Notes: generated by a model from the letters alone, not told the origin. 64,000 nucleotides of DNA from an uncultured Parachlamydiaceae bacterium (GCA_963742415.1 CAVULX010000003.1:544001-608000), one strand, 5' to 3'; counted from the stretch's first letter, positions 40,011-50,955 are shown. Numbers and translations are program-made.

Positions 40011-41423
40011 ATGCAGCAGGAGATGCAACGTTTTGATATCGCCGTTTTAGGGGGAGGGCCGGGAGGATATCCCGCTGCCATTCGAGCCGCTCAGCTCGGC
40101 AAATCTGTCGCTTTAATCGAAGCCAAGGATTTAGGGGGAACATGTTTAAATAGAGGATGCATCCCTTCAAAAGCCTTAATTGCCAGCGCCGAAGTTTTGC
40201 AAAAAGTGAAAGATGCCGAGGAATACGGGATCATCACCAAAGGAGTCACCTTTGACTACGGCAAAATGGTCATCCGAAAAGATCAAGTGATTGCCAGAGT
40301 CCGTAAAAGCTTAGAAGGATTAATCGCTTCTAATAAAATTAGATTATTTAGAGGTTTTGGCAAACTCACATCCCCTAAAATGATCAAGGTGATGGGTCAA
40401 GATAATGCCACGATTCACGCAGATAAAATCATCCTAGCCACAGGTTCTGAGCCGCGAAACATGCCGGCGTTCCCCTTCGATTATGAACGGATCCACGATT
40501 CCACCTCTTTGCTCGAAATAAAAGAGCTTCCAAAATCTATCGTCATCGTGGGAGGAGGGGTAATTGGATGTGAATTTGCTTCCCTCTTCGCCATCTTGGG
40601 CGTTGACGTGACCCTTGTTGAACTGTTGCCTAGAATAATTCCGATGGAAGCGCAAAACGTTTCCGCTACACTTACAAAAGCCTTTAAGAAAAAAGGCATA
40701 AAGATTGAAACAGAAGCAATGGTGGAGGGGATCGAAAGGAAGAAAAATAGCGTTAAGCTTAAAATAGCCGGGGGAAAATCGATCGAAGCCGACATCGCTT
40801 TGGTGGCTGTCGGAAGATCCCTAAATACCTCAGGAATAGGTTTAGAAGCTGCCGGTGTCCTTGTCCAAGAAAATGGCATTATTGCCACAAACGATAAGAT
40901 GGAGACCAATGTTCTTGGAATTTATGCCGTCGGTGATATCGCCTCCAAGTGGTGGCTAGCTCATGTTGCCTCGCACCAAGGGATGGTGGCCGCGACTAAT
41001 GCGGCAGGTAGGGAAATGCACATGAACTACAACGCGGTGCCGAACGTCATCTTTACCGATCCTGAGATAGGAACGGTCGGGTTGACGTTGGAGCAGGCCA
41101 TAGAGCAAGGGTACCAAGCTACCATTGGAGCTTTCCCCTTTCAGGCTTTGGGGAAATCCCAAGCCACTTTGGAGACCGAAGGGTTCGCCCAAGTTGTCAC
41201 AGATAAAAAAACAGGACAGATTTTAGGGGCGCAGGTGGTAGGGCATGAGGCTTCCTCGCTTGTAGCTGAAATGGCTGTCGCGGTGGGAAATGAGCTGACC
41301 GTTGAAAGCATTACCGAAACGATCCATGCCCATCCGACGATCTCTGAAGCATGGCTGGAAGCTGTTCTAGTGGCTAATGATACCCCCTTGCATTTTCCCC
41401 CAAAAAAAGCAGCAGCCAAATAA
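40011..41423 (+). CDS. lpdA: Dihydrolipoyl dehydrogenase
   Basis: 'GGTCLNRGCIPSK', 'GGGVIGCE', 'HAHPT'. Confidence 0.97.
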   Translation: MQQEMQRFDIAVLGGGPGGYPAAIRAAQLGKSVALIEAKDLGGTCLNRGCIPSKALIASAEVLQKVKDAEEYGIITKGVTFDYGKMVIRKDQVIARVRKSLEGLIASNKIRLFRGFGKLTSPKMIKVMGQDNATIHADKIILATGSEPRNMPAFPFDYERIHDSTSLLEIKELPKSIVIVGGGVIGCEFASLFAILGVDVTLVELLPRIIPMEAQNVSATLTKAFKKKGIKIETEAMVEGIERKKNSVKLKIAGGKSIEADIALVAVGRSLNTSGIGLEAAGVLVQENGIIATNDKMETNVLGIYAVGDIASKWWLAHVASHQGMVAATNAAGREMHMNYNAVPNVIFTDPEIGTVGLTLEQAIEQGYQATIGAFPFQALGKSQATLETEGFAQVVTDKKTGQILGAQVVGHEASSLVAEMAVAVGNELTVESITETIHAHPTISEAWLEAVLVANDTPLHFPPKKAAAK

Positions 41424-41435
41424 TTTAATGAGTCG

Positions 41436-42434
41436 TTGCAGATGTTGAAAACTAATCAATTTGATAACAAGCCAACAGTAAAAAAGCACCGTCTCAATAT
41501 TTTGCCTGAGAATCCTGAAAAAGAGGATGAAACCAAAGCTGTGGGTTTGGGAAGATTCCCTTCATGGCTGCATCGTAAGCTGCCGCAAGGTTCCGAATTG
41601 TGGAATACAGGCCAAATTGTCAGCCAACATCGCCTCCATACCGTATGCGAGGAAGCTAAATGTCCCAACTTGCTTGAGTGCTGGTCAAAAAAAACAGCGA
41701 CATTTTTGATTTTGGGTAAAGAGTGCACACGCAATTGCGGATTTTGCAGCATCGATTTTTCAAGGAATCCAAAGCCTCTCGAAGAAGATGAACCTCAACG
41801 TGTCGCCTTGTCGGTTTTAGATTTGGGATTGAAGCATGTCGTCATTACCATGGTGGCGCGGGACGATCTTGAGGATGGAGGAGCCTTGCAGCTTGCCAAA
41901 ACTGTAAGTGCAATTCGAAATCATTGTCCGGAGACAACTGTAGAGCTTTTAACATCTGATTTTGAAGGCAATACAGGCGCATGGGACATTGTTTTGAGCA
42001 GCCGACCTGAAATTTTTAATCATAACATTGAAACCGTTCGGGAGCTGACCCCCCGTGTTAGGCATAAAGCAACTTATGATCGAACTTTGAATGTGCTTCG
42101 CTACATCAAGGAAAAACAGCAATTTCCACTCTTAATCAAATCAGGCTTTATGGTGGGATTGGGAGAAACTCTAGATCAAATAAAACAAACGATGCGTGAC
42201 CTGCACGAAGCAGGATGCGACATCATCACAATAGGCCAGTATCTCCAACCGAATAGCTCTAAATTGCTTGTCAAAGCTTTTATCACTCCCGATGAATTCA
42301 AACTTTTCGAGGAATATGGGTATTCCATCGGTGTCAAATATGTTTATTCAGGTCCATTTGTCCGCTCAAGTTATAATGCCAACGTGGTCATCAAACAGGC
42401 AAATGAGAAAATCAAAACCATCAACAGTCAATAA
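41436..42434 (+). CDS. lipA: Lipoyl synthase
   Basis: 'CEEAKCPNLLECW', 'CTRNCGFC', 'VRSSY'. Confidence 0.97.
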   Translation: MQMLKTNQFDNKPTVKKHRLNILPENPEKEDETKAVGLGRFPSWLHRKLPQGSELWNTGQIVSQHRLHTVCEEAKCPNLLECWSKKTATFLILGKECTRNCGFCSIDFSRNPKPLEEDEPQRVALSVLDLGLKHVVITMVARDDLEDGGALQLAKTVSAIRNHCPETTVELLTSDFEGNTGAWDIVLSSRPEIFNHNIETVRELTPRVRHKATYDRTLNVLRYIKEKQQFPLLIKSGFMVGLGETLDQIKQTMRDLHEAGCDIITIGQYLQPNSSKLLVKAFITPDEFKLFEEYGYSIGVKYVYSGPFVRSSYNANVVIKQANEKIKTINSQ

Positions 42435-42450
42435 AGCATAGGCCCTCACA

Positions 42451-43368
42451 ATGTCCGACGAAGAAATAATTTCAAACAAGGAAGGTGAATTCCCCCTTAC
42501 CGACACAACCGATGCAGCCATTCTCATGCACCGGGATGCCCATTTTGGGGGGCAATTCGATGTCATGCTAGATTACTATGCCAAGGGGGGGAAAGGGGTT
42601 GTTCCCGACATTGAAATAGAGCGGATTCAAGAACTCGCTGTAATCGAAAAGCAAATGAAAGAAAATCTGGCTGCAATGCTCCTTTCAGGACCCGATGCTG
42701 AACGTGTTGGTGAAGCCAAAGCAGCCTATAAAACTTTGCGCGATTTGTATGAGACGGAAAGCCCATATAACAAAATCCCGCTCCTCATTGCCGACTTAAT
42801 TTTAAGTGAAAGTGAAGATCCTCAAGAGGAAATTCAAGCGATCGCAAAAGAAAAAGGGTTGGCAGTTTCAGCTTTAATCGATCTGATCCGCTCAGAAAAT
42901 TTTTATGATCCCCTATTTCCAGGCTATGGACAAGCTCCAGGCTTGGCGATCAAATGTTTAGGTCTGATAGGAGACAAGCGGGCGATTGTGACCCTCTTTG
43001 AGGCTATTGGCTCAGGCGATTTTTTTGATGAAGATATCAATGTTGACGCTCTCCATGCTATCGGCGCTCCGGCTCGCGATTTTTTGTTGAAAGTCCTCGG
43101 CGGAAAGCCATTCAATGTCGACAACGAAAAAGCAGCCATCGCTTTAATCCCTTTCAAAGATGAACCTGAGGTGTCCAGAGTTGCTTTGTTGATGCTGCAA
43201 GATCATGAGGTGCGACGCCATGTCCCTCTGGCAACCTATCTGATTTTAATTTGTGAAGGGCTGAAGGACCAAAATGAGAGGAAAGCCTTTCTTTCGTTAT
43301 TGGATGATCCAAAAACTCCCAAGCAGTTGCAGCAAGACATCAAAGCCACAGCCAAGTCTTGGAACTAA
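42451..43368 (+). CDS. Conserved chlamydial HEAT-repeat-like protein
   Basis: 'ILMHRDAHFGGQF', 'DPLFPGYG', helical repeats. Confidence 0.7.
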   Translation: MSDEEIISNKEGEFPLTDTTDAAILMHRDAHFGGQFDVMLDYYAKGGKGVVPDIEIERIQELAVIEKQMKENLAAMLLSGPDAERVGEAKAAYKTLRDLYETESPYNKIPLLIADLILSESEDPQEEIQAIAKEKGLAVSALIDLIRSENFYDPLFPGYGQAPGLAIKCLGLIGDKRAIVTLFEAIGSGDFFDEDINVDALHAIGAPARDFLLKVLGGKPFNVDNEKAAIALIPFKDEPEVSRVALLMLQDHEVRRHVPLATYLILICEGLKDQNERKAFLSLLDDPKTPKQLQQDIKATAKSWN

Positions 43369-43370
43369 TT

Positions 43371-43586
43371 TAAACAGAATAGGCAGGATCATCTTCGGCT
43401 TTAGGTGAGCAGGACGAAGAAGGTAACAGGATAGGCAAGATCGCAAGCGGCAGGATAAGCAGGATGATAAAAGCAAATTAGAAAAATGTTTTTATCATCC
43501 TGCTTATCCTGCCGCTTGCGATCTTGCCTATCCTGTTTTATGTTGCCTATCTTATTAACTTTTCCACCATCTTACCCTATCCTGTT
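43371..43586. repeat. Palindromic element family B copy 3 (core 43425-43537) nested in an older degenerate copy
   Basis: 48-bp identical inner arms; outer aaacagaataggcaggat / atcttaccctatcctgttt arms abut both flanking stop codons. Confidence 0.9.
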
Positions 43587-45767
43587 TCAAAGCTTCACAA
43601 GATGGGTCAATCGAGCGACGATGCTCCTTTCTTTGTTATCTTTGGAAAAATGGATCCGATAGGTCGGCCCCATCCCCCCTTCAGCAATAGAGTTGATGAC
43701 CCCCACGCCAAAATCTTTGTGGAAAACCGCATCTCCCGGAGCCAAGTGGGCTTCGGTTCCCTCTCCTTGAATTTCATCGCTGAAAGGTTCTTCAGAAATC
43801 TCTTCAGAGACAGCTCTTTTATGTGCATATACGGGTCTAGAATATTGCACAGACAATTTGACTTTTTCAATATACTCGAAAGGAATTTCTTTAATAAAAC
43901 GGCTCAACAATGGGGTGCGGGTTGTCCCCCAGATGAAGCGGGATTTCGCATGGGAAAGATATAAAACCTCTTTTGCGCGGGTAATCCCTACATAGAAGAG
44001 CCGCCGTTCCTCCTCTAAACCTTCGGGAACATTGCGAGAATTAGCATGAGGGAATAATTCTTGCTCCATGCCGACCAAAAACGCAACGGCAAATTCAAGT
44101 CCTTTTCCATTGTGAATTGTCATTAAGTTGACATGGGGCTGGTGGGGATTCACATCATCTAGCGTTGAGTGGAGAGCTAACTCTTCAAGAAACGAAGACA
44201 ATGTTGGATTAGGGGTGGATCCCTCCCATTCCAAAGCTTTTGCTATTAAAGAATTTAGGTTGTCTTTCCGGTCATCATATGTTTCTTTGTCATGGGTTAA
44301 ATATTCAAGATAACCCGTTTCCTCGATAGCGGCTTGGACGAGCTCCTTCAGCGAACAGCTCTCTTGGATCCGCTTAAGAGTCTTAATGACCCGTACATAA
44401 TCCTCCAAGCCATTCTTTTGCTTGGACGTCAGCTTGATAGACGTTTGCGTTTGTGGATCTTCGGCAAGCTTTTCACAATAGGCAAAAAGAGGCATATTGG
44501 AGCCAGCGGCATTTTGACGGATCCTGCTGATCGTAGCTTCCCCAATCCCCCGTTTTGGGATATTGATGGTCCTATTAAATGAAACAAAATCAACTCCGGA
44601 ATGGACCATCCGCAGAAAAGCTAAAATGTCTTTGATTTCTTTTCTCTGATAGAAAGAAATACCACCCACGATAACATAAGGGATCCGATTTTTTAAAAAA
44701 GTGTCTTCAAAGATACGGGATTGACCATTGGTTCGATAAAAGACAACCATTTGGTTTAACGGAACCCCTTGGTGTTCGTGGTGGTAGCGGATCCGATCAG
44801 CGACAAAAGAGGCTTCTCCCCTTTCGTCGTCTGCACTGTACAACTTGATCCTATCTCCGGGGCCTAAATCGCTCCATAAAGCTTTTTCAAAACGGCGGTA
44901 ATTATTCCGGATAACGGCATTAGCTGCTTCCAGAATGTTTGTACGGCTCCGGTAATTTTGCTCTAGGCGGATCACTTTGGCATTGGGATAGTCTTTCTCG
45001 AAGTTAAGAATATTGTGAATATTGGCCCCTCGCCAGGAGTAAATCGATTGATCTGGATCCCCAACGACGCAAACATTATGGCTTTTTCTTGCTAGCTGTT
45101 GGATCATCTCATATTGGGCTTGATTTGTGTCTTGATATTCATCAATGAGGAGATATTTCCACCGTTGTTGATACATCTCTAAGATAGAGAGGTGCTCCCG
45201 AAACAGCCGAATAGTTAGAAAAAGGAGATCGTCAAAATCGAGGGCGTTGCACTCTTTAAGCTTTGTTTGATACCGAGTGTAAATTTGGGGAAATAGGGAG
45301 TTTTCTTTGTTGTCAGCATGCTCAAAACTGATCAGAGCATTTTTAGCTTTGGTTAAAAGTTGCCTAAAAACTTTCAAATCGGTTTTGGCATCGACTGAAA
45401 ATTCAGATAAAGTGTCTTTGAGCACTTTTTCAATGTCATCTTCATCATAAATGGTGAAGTCCCGTCCATATCCTAAGGCATCGATCGATTCTCGTAAAAT
45501 CCGCACACCCAGACTGTGAAATGTGCAGATGGTCACATGGGAGTGGGTTAATCCTTTGACCCGCTCCTTCATCTCATGGGCGGCTTTATTTGTAAAAGTA
45601 AGCCCTAAAATAGCGTGGGGATCCACTCCATGATTGATCAGATTCACAATGCGAAAAGTCACAACGCGGGTTTTTCCCGATCCCGCCCCGGCAAGAATCA
45701 ATAAAGGTCCAGAAAGTGTATTGACAGCTTCCTGTTGAGGCGCATTGAGGTCAGAAAATAGATCCAT
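43587..45767 (-). CDS. uvrD: UvrD/PcrA DNA helicase
   Basis: 'AGAGSGKT', 'DEYQD', 'GDPDQSIY', 'QNYRS', 'EERRLFYVGITRA'. Confidence 0.96.
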   Translation of the reverse strand: MDLFSDLNAPQQEAVNTLSGPLLILAGAGSGKTRVVTFRIVNLINHGVDPHAILGLTFTNKAAHEMKERVKGLTHSHVTICTFHSLGVRILRESIDALGYGRDFTIYDEDDIEKVLKDTLSEFSVDAKTDLKVFRQLLTKAKNALISFEHADNKENSLFPQIYTRYQTKLKECNALDFDDLLFLTIRLFREHLSILEMYQQRWKYLLIDEYQDTNQAQYEMIQQLARKSHNVCVVGDPDQSIYSWRGANIHNILNFEKDYPNAKVIRLEQNYRSRTNILEAANAVIRNNYRRFEKALWSDLGPGDRIKLYSADDERGEASFVADRIRYHHEHQGVPLNQMVVFYRTNGQSRIFEDTFLKNRIPYVIVGGISFYQRKEIKDILAFLRMVHSGVDFVSFNRTINIPKRGIGEATISRIRQNAAGSNMPLFAYCEKLAEDPQTQTSIKLTSKQKNGLEDYVRVIKTLKRIQESCSLKELVQAAIEETGYLEYLTHDKETYDDRKDNLNSLIAKALEWEGSTPNPTLSSFLEELALHSTLDDVNPHQPHVNLMTIHNGKGLEFAVAFLVGMEQELFPHANSRNVPEGLEEERRLFYVGITRAKEVLYLSHAKSRFIWGTTRTPLLSRFIKEIPFEYIEKVKLSVQYSRPVYAHKRAVSEEISEEPFSDEIQGEGTEAHLAPGDAVFHKDFGVGVINSIAEGGMGPTYRIHFSKDNKERSIVARLTHLVKL

Positions 45768-46158
45768 AATAAAAAAAAGAAAAGGTTAATGATAAATTGA
45801 AAAAATTGTTTTCGAAACAATCTTACAGAAAAAGGTATTTTATGGATAGCTTCTTAGACCTTGATGCAAAGAAAGGAAGTGTTAATAGAGAATTTCAAAG
45901 ACCTAATGACTGAAGATACAATAAAACAGCTTAGAGCCGGCAAGATAGTAGAAACAGAAGACAAGGAAGCACAGAAGGAAAAAGCAATAGATGAGATGCA
46001 AGGGTAAACTCAGCTCAATGTAGAAACTCTAAAGGCATTTTCATATTTTACCTGTAAGTCAGCGTTATAATAACATTATGTAAAACAACAAGGAAATCTG
46101 CTTCGCACTGAAGTTTCGACTAACCTTTGCTATTTTCGTTGAAAAAATATCCAATTGA

Positions 46159-46563
46159 AATCTCTAGTTTAGACATTTTGTAAAAAATTATTTACATTAT
46201 CACATCTCTGTCGCCACTACCGCATAGGCATCAAGTTAAGATAAACCATTTTTACTAGGCTGAAAGCCTGGTTTACAATACCTGGGGGCATCGTCCCAGG
46301 TGTTGTTACAAAAATCATTCGCAGGCTGAAGGCCTGCCATATGATAGCCTGGGGCATCGCCCCAGGTAATATCATGTATAATCAATTACAAGCTTTCAGC
46401 CTGGTACAAATGGTTTACCTTAGCTTGATGCCTATGCGAGAGCGGCGACAAATGCCCGTGAGAGGTTTTTCAAATATTTTAAAATAAAAAATAAAAATAT
46501 TTTACAAAAGTGCCAACCTTGAGATTCCCTTCGGGAATTTATTTAAGAAACATCCAAACTTCA
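46159..46563. repeat. Composite nested palindromic element (CATAGGCATCAAG arms 46209-46450, internal CCTGGG..CCCAGG hairpins, outer arms, family C module)
   Basis: tgtcgcc..cgcataggcatcaagttaagataaaccattt vs aaatggtttaccttagcttgatgcctatgcg..ggcgaca; ttcccttcgggaa module at right end. Confidence 0.85.
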
Positions 46564-46689
46564 GAGGAAATTTCTAAATCCCCCTTATGTTATTGAAAAT
46601 TTTACTTTCAAAAAAATCGGCCTTCAGCTACATTCCTGCCTGAATTTATAAACGACATCGACTTTGTTGCAAAGTTTAACACAGAAAAA

Positions 46690-46873
46690 AAACAGGATAA
46701 GCACGATCGTAACCGGCAGGATAAGCGGGATAAAAGAAAAAACGAGTTTTTTGAACAGTCTTAGCTTAATCATATCCGCATATTCTTACTATTTATTCAA
46801 TATCTTGCTTATCCTGCCGGTTACGATCATGCTTATCCTGTTTCTTCTCTGTGCCTATTTACTTAGGAGCCAC
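46690..46873. repeat. Palindromic element family B copy 4
   Basis: Reverse complement matches ~16997-17105 over >100 bp. Confidence 0.9.
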
Positions 46874-46949
46874 TGACTCGCTGGTTATTTATGCAACAAC
46901 GCCAATGACATCATCCAATTGAGTAATTTCATAGGGGACGAGGACGACT

Positions 46950-47884
46950 ATGCGAACGGTATATTTTGCTTTGCTGCTACTATTTTCTTTTTCCTGTTAT
47001 GCCATCGAAAATTCCGAGGACCCGGATGGATCGACATTAGTTGAGGAATCCAATAACCTCGATATTTTAGCGGGTGACCCGGAAACTTTTGTCTATCGCT
47101 GTGTCAATGTTGCGACAGGGGATTACATCGACATCCAAACCGATTTAACGATCCCTGGGGCAGACCCATTAGAGCTTACGAGATTCTATTCTAGCGCTGA
47201 CGAGAGGGCTTCATCCCCTTTTCAAGCCTGGAAATTCAATCACGATATCAGCGCTTTTCACCCTGTAAAAGGCTCCAAGTCATAACCGATCTTAAACGAT
47301 TTTTTTGGCGCTCAAATTCCTTTTAAGCAGGAAAACCACACTTCTATGTGCTCCTACTATGGAGTCCATCCCAAAATATTCAAAAGGAGGATCGCAAATA
47401 CCACACGGGAAATGAGTGGACGGTATCATCTGAAAAATAAAAAACTGCTCCGGTCTGTGCATGATGAGATCCTCATTTCTAAAGATGGAGCCGGCTTTCA
47501 GTACCACTTTGAAAAGCCTCACAGCACACACAAGGTGCCTATCAACCGATTGCTTAAGGCCAATGGCAACCAAGTTGAGTATAGTTATGATGCTGACAAT
47601 AATTTGGCCACAGTTAGAGGATTAAACACCCGAGGGGGCTTATTTGGCTGTTTGAAATTTAAACAACATCCTGGCTTTAGAGATACCGACTCCTATTTTT
47701 TAGAGGTGGAGGATTCCCATCTCAATAGGGTCTCATACACGTTGCGGAATGTGAAATCGAAAAAAAAGAAAAAGTGGATTCTAGAACATGTACACCGCTT
47801 TGATTCTCCTCCTGAGTCATACCGCTATGACAGCGACTATGAAAGGATCACTCGCAAGGAGCTACCAGAAGGGCGCTTCCTCGA
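46950..47884 (+). pseudogene. Rhs/YD-repeat protein 5' remnant (signal peptide, DUF6531-like start), frameshifted and internally deleted
   Basis: 'VNVATGDYID..TDLTIPGADPLELTRFYSS', 'NGNQVEYSYD', 'YRYD...ITRKELPEGRFLE'. Confidence 0.8.
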
Positions 47885-48361
47885 GTTGTTGCTTTTGGAA
47901 TAGAAACGACTATAACAACTGCAACTATCTGTGCTATCGCAGGAACTGTTGTTGGTGGAGCTCTGGGTATTGGGGTCTATCAGGGCTTTAAGTATTTAGA
48001 CCAGAGGTTGGATCGCTCCTCCAATCATATGTCCATGAGCCAAAGCACGGAGGAAAGCGTAGAAACCTCTTCTGAGTTAGAAGAGAAAAAAGAAAAAGAA
48101 GGAAAATCAGATAAATTTAAAAAAACTCCTCCAAGAACTGAACCTCAAAGTTTAGAAGAGGCCTTGACCTTGCAAAAGGCACAGGCAGGTGCAGGTAAAG
48201 AAATTATGGAAGATAAAATAAATGATCCAAGATACCCCAAAGAGGAATGGGAAAAAAAACAGCACATCCATGATAATCCTGATAAAACAAAAATAAATGT
48301 CCATTATTGGGAAAATAGAATTACTGGACATAGAGAAGGATTCAAATTCAAAAATAAATAG
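47882..48361 (+). pseudogene. Orphan polymorphic-toxin C-terminal tip (putative nuclease)
   Basis: Gly-rich hydrophobic linker then 'PQSLEEALTL..A..G.G.EIM...INDPRYP..WEKKQH.H...INVHYWEN..TG...GFKFK'. Confidence 0.7.
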
Positions 48362-48371
48362 AGTGTGCATA

Positions 48372-48935
48372 GTGATAGTTAAATGTCTTTCGAAAAAAGG
48401 GACATTTTTACCAAATGATCTACTCGGTTTAAAACCAGGTTTGAATGAATCGACAGATTTTTGGTTAGTTCCTTCAAAATTATATGTTGTTTATGCCATG
48501 ACCATTCGCTTAGGATATGTTTGGTTTTATTTATGTGATGAAAGTTACATGTATTTTCCTATATGGAATCCGGCACCTCTTTTTCAAGTTGTCGAAGGAA
48601 AAATGTCAAAATATTGGATTTTTGAGTTTTTTCCTCAGACGGAAAGATACAAAACAAAATCTATTTGGGCGTATCCTGAATGGGCCAAAAATCCTTATCG
48701 TTACTATGACCGCTTGAGTGATGGAGAGGATGAAGAAGTAGAAACATTCAAAAAATACAAGGCTTTAATGGATGTGGAGTTTCCAAACCCGTCTATTACG
48801 GATAGAGCTACAATTTTAGATGATGCTTGGCTAATGTGTTCCTATTGTATTGATGCTTGGGAGTCTGTTTCAAATGACGGAATGGTCATTTGTCCCACAT
48901 GCCATCGAATGATGCACAACCCACGTTACAAATGA
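48372..48935 (+). CDS. Putative cognate immunity protein with C-terminal zinc ribbon
   Basis: Directly follows the toxin tip; 'WNPAPLFQVV', 'YPEWA', 'YYDRLSDG', CxxC-CxxC. Confidence 0.65.
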   Translation: MIVKCLSKKGTFLPNDLLGLKPGLNESTDFWLVPSKLYVVYAMTIRLGYVWFYLCDESYMYFPIWNPAPLFQVVEGKMSKYWIFEFFPQTERYKTKSIWAYPEWAKNPYRYYDRLSDGEDEEVETFKKYKALMDVEFPNPSITDRATILDDAWLMCSYCIDAWESVSNDGMVICPTCHRMMHNPRYK

Positions 48936-48949
48936 AAAGGCTTTTTTTT

Positions 48950-49303
48950 ATGAATGTTGAGAGAATAAATGTATCTGCGGGAATCTGTTTGGCAGACTCT
49001 GAATTAACGAATTATTTCTACAATGCAAAAGAAAAGATGTTGATAATTAAAATTCAAGCCTGGAATTTGCAAGCAATCGAATTTTTTTTTCAAGATCCTA
49101 TATTATTTTTTGATCATGGCTGTGAGTCTGTAACAGAATTTTTTGAAGATACTTCCAAAACAGAATTGTTTACGCAAGCATTAATTCGTATATATGGAAA
49201 AATGCCTGAAAGTCATCTCTATAAACACTTTCAATTTTTAGATCTAGATGATAACCCATGCTTAGAAATAATTTCTGAAAATTTTACTTTCAAAATTAAT
49301 TGA
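48950..49303 (+). CDS. Small hypothetical protein, probable orphan immunity
   Basis: Acidic/aromatic 117-aa ORF within the array. Confidence 0.55.
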   Translation: MNVERINVSAGICLADSELTNYFYNAKEKMLIIKIQAWNLQAIEFFFQDPILFFDHGCESVTEFFEDTSKTELFTQALIRIYGKMPESHLYKHFQFLDLDDNPCLEIISENFTFKIN

Positions 49304-49359
49304 TAAAATTATTTTACGTACTAAATATTTTCAAACGTTTCCAAACCTTGGGAAATGGT

Positions 49360-49731
49360 ATGACAAATAAGCAAGATATTACACTCATGCTTCAAGATTG
49401 GTATTCTCAATATTGTGATGGGTATTGGGAGCATAATGAAACTATAAATATCCACACTATTGATAGTTTAGGATGGATGGTGACTATCGATTTACAAGGA
49501 ACCCATTGTGAAAATAAATCTTTTGAAAAAATAACGAATGAATTGAACAAAGACAATTGGTACCATTGCGATCTCCGCGATGGGAAATTTGAAGGAAGAG
49601 GAGGAGCTTGCAATTTAATAGATATACTTTCGATTTTTGAAAATTGGGCTTGCAAATGCCAAAAAGAAGAATTTTCTTTTAAGTGGGAAAGCGTTAAGCG
49701 ATATGATGGAGTTGGAAGATCTAATCATTGA
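49360..49731 (+). CDS. Immunity protein 53 (Imm53)-like
   Basis: 'LQDWY...CDGYWEH...I.TID..GW.V.IDL', 'WYHC', 'FEG.GG..NL..IL..F..W'. Confidence 0.85.
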   Translation: MTNKQDITLMLQDWYSQYCDGYWEHNETINIHTIDSLGWMVTIDLQGTHCENKSFEKITNELNKDNWYHCDLRDGKFEGRGGACNLIDILSIFENWACKCQKEEFSFKWESVKRYDGVGRSNH

Positions 49732-50830
49732 GGGAGCAAAACAACGAGTTGGTGGTAAAAATAAAATTTGGGCCGTCATTGATGAAGCACAAAAATGTCC
49801 TTTAATATTTGATCAGCTGAAAATCCTTTATGATAAACACAAAGATTTAGATAAAATAAAATTTATATTAACAGGTTCAGCTGTCCTGAGCTTGCATCAG
49901 TTAAGCGCCGAATCACTTGCAGGACGCATTGAACTGCATCATCTACAAGAATTTACTCTTCGAGAATCGACTTTATTTAACGAACCTGAAATCTTAAAAC
50001 TCTCTCTATTTGATCAAATGAATAGAGATGATCCGCCACAACTGATCGGTGACCTCATCCACAAATTAAAACCATTCAAGCCTCTTCTGGAAGATGTATT
50101 ACAACAGCAACTTCTGTGGAGCGGACTACCTGAACTTAAAAGTTGTCAAGATAAGGAGGAAAGAATCATCTATCTGAATAACTACATCCAAACATATCTC
50201 GAAAGAGATGTACGTTCGATTGAATCAATAACTAACTTGACACTCTATCGTAACTTGATGGGTATCATTGCAGAACAAACAGGTTCTGTTAGAGAGGACA
50301 AACGAATTGTCAATGCATTGGGGTGTACTCGGGATACTTTAAAAAAATATCGAGGTTTTCTCGAAGCAACCCTTTTATATCAGGATATTTATCCCTATAT
50401 CGGCAGTACAATTAAACGTTTTGTCAAATCTCCTAAAGGCTATCTGAGAAACAATGGTCTCGTTTCGGTTCTTACTGGCCTAGTTGAATACAAGACTTTG
50501 TCTTCTAGTGGACTGATAGGGCATCGATTTGAGAACTGGTTTCTAAACGAACTCAGTGTTTGGCTTGCAAGAGATCCTATGCGATCTGAAATTTATTTTT
50601 GGAGACTCGAATCGGGCGCAGAAGTTGATTTTATCGTTGAAAAAAAACCCTTCGTTTACCCTTTTGAGGTGACTTACAACACAACACCTGATATGAAAAA
50701 ATTGAGAAATTTAAGTAAGTTCCTAACGGAAGAGCCAAAAGCAAAATGGGGATATTATATTTACCGGGGGGATTTCTTAATCGATAAAGAACGTCATATC
50801 TGTTTTATTCCCTCATGGGCTGTTGGGTAG
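49700..50830 (+). pseudogene. AAA+ ATPase with DUF4143-like C-terminus, 5'-truncated (no Walker A)
   Basis: 'IDEAQK', 'ILTGS', 'ESLAGR', 'YIQTYLERDV', 'KSPKGY', 'EVDFIVE...FEV'. Confidence 0.75.
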
Positions 50831-50898
50831 TAACGCAAGTTGGATATTTTTGCTCATCTGAAAAAACAGTAATTATTTTTTTAATATTCAAAAATTTT

Positions 50899-50955
50899 GG
50901 GTGTTTCTGACTAAAACCGCGAAATGTCAATTATCGATTTTAGTCAAAAACACCC
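50899..50955. repeat. Imperfect 21-bp inverted repeat downstream of the ATPase
   Basis: gggtgtttctgactaaaaccg / cgattttagtcaaaaacaccc. Confidence 0.65.

Noticed and set aside
45842..46010. Possible toxin-tip fragment ('KKGSVNREF')
   Set aside because: Too short and frame-broken to support a call.
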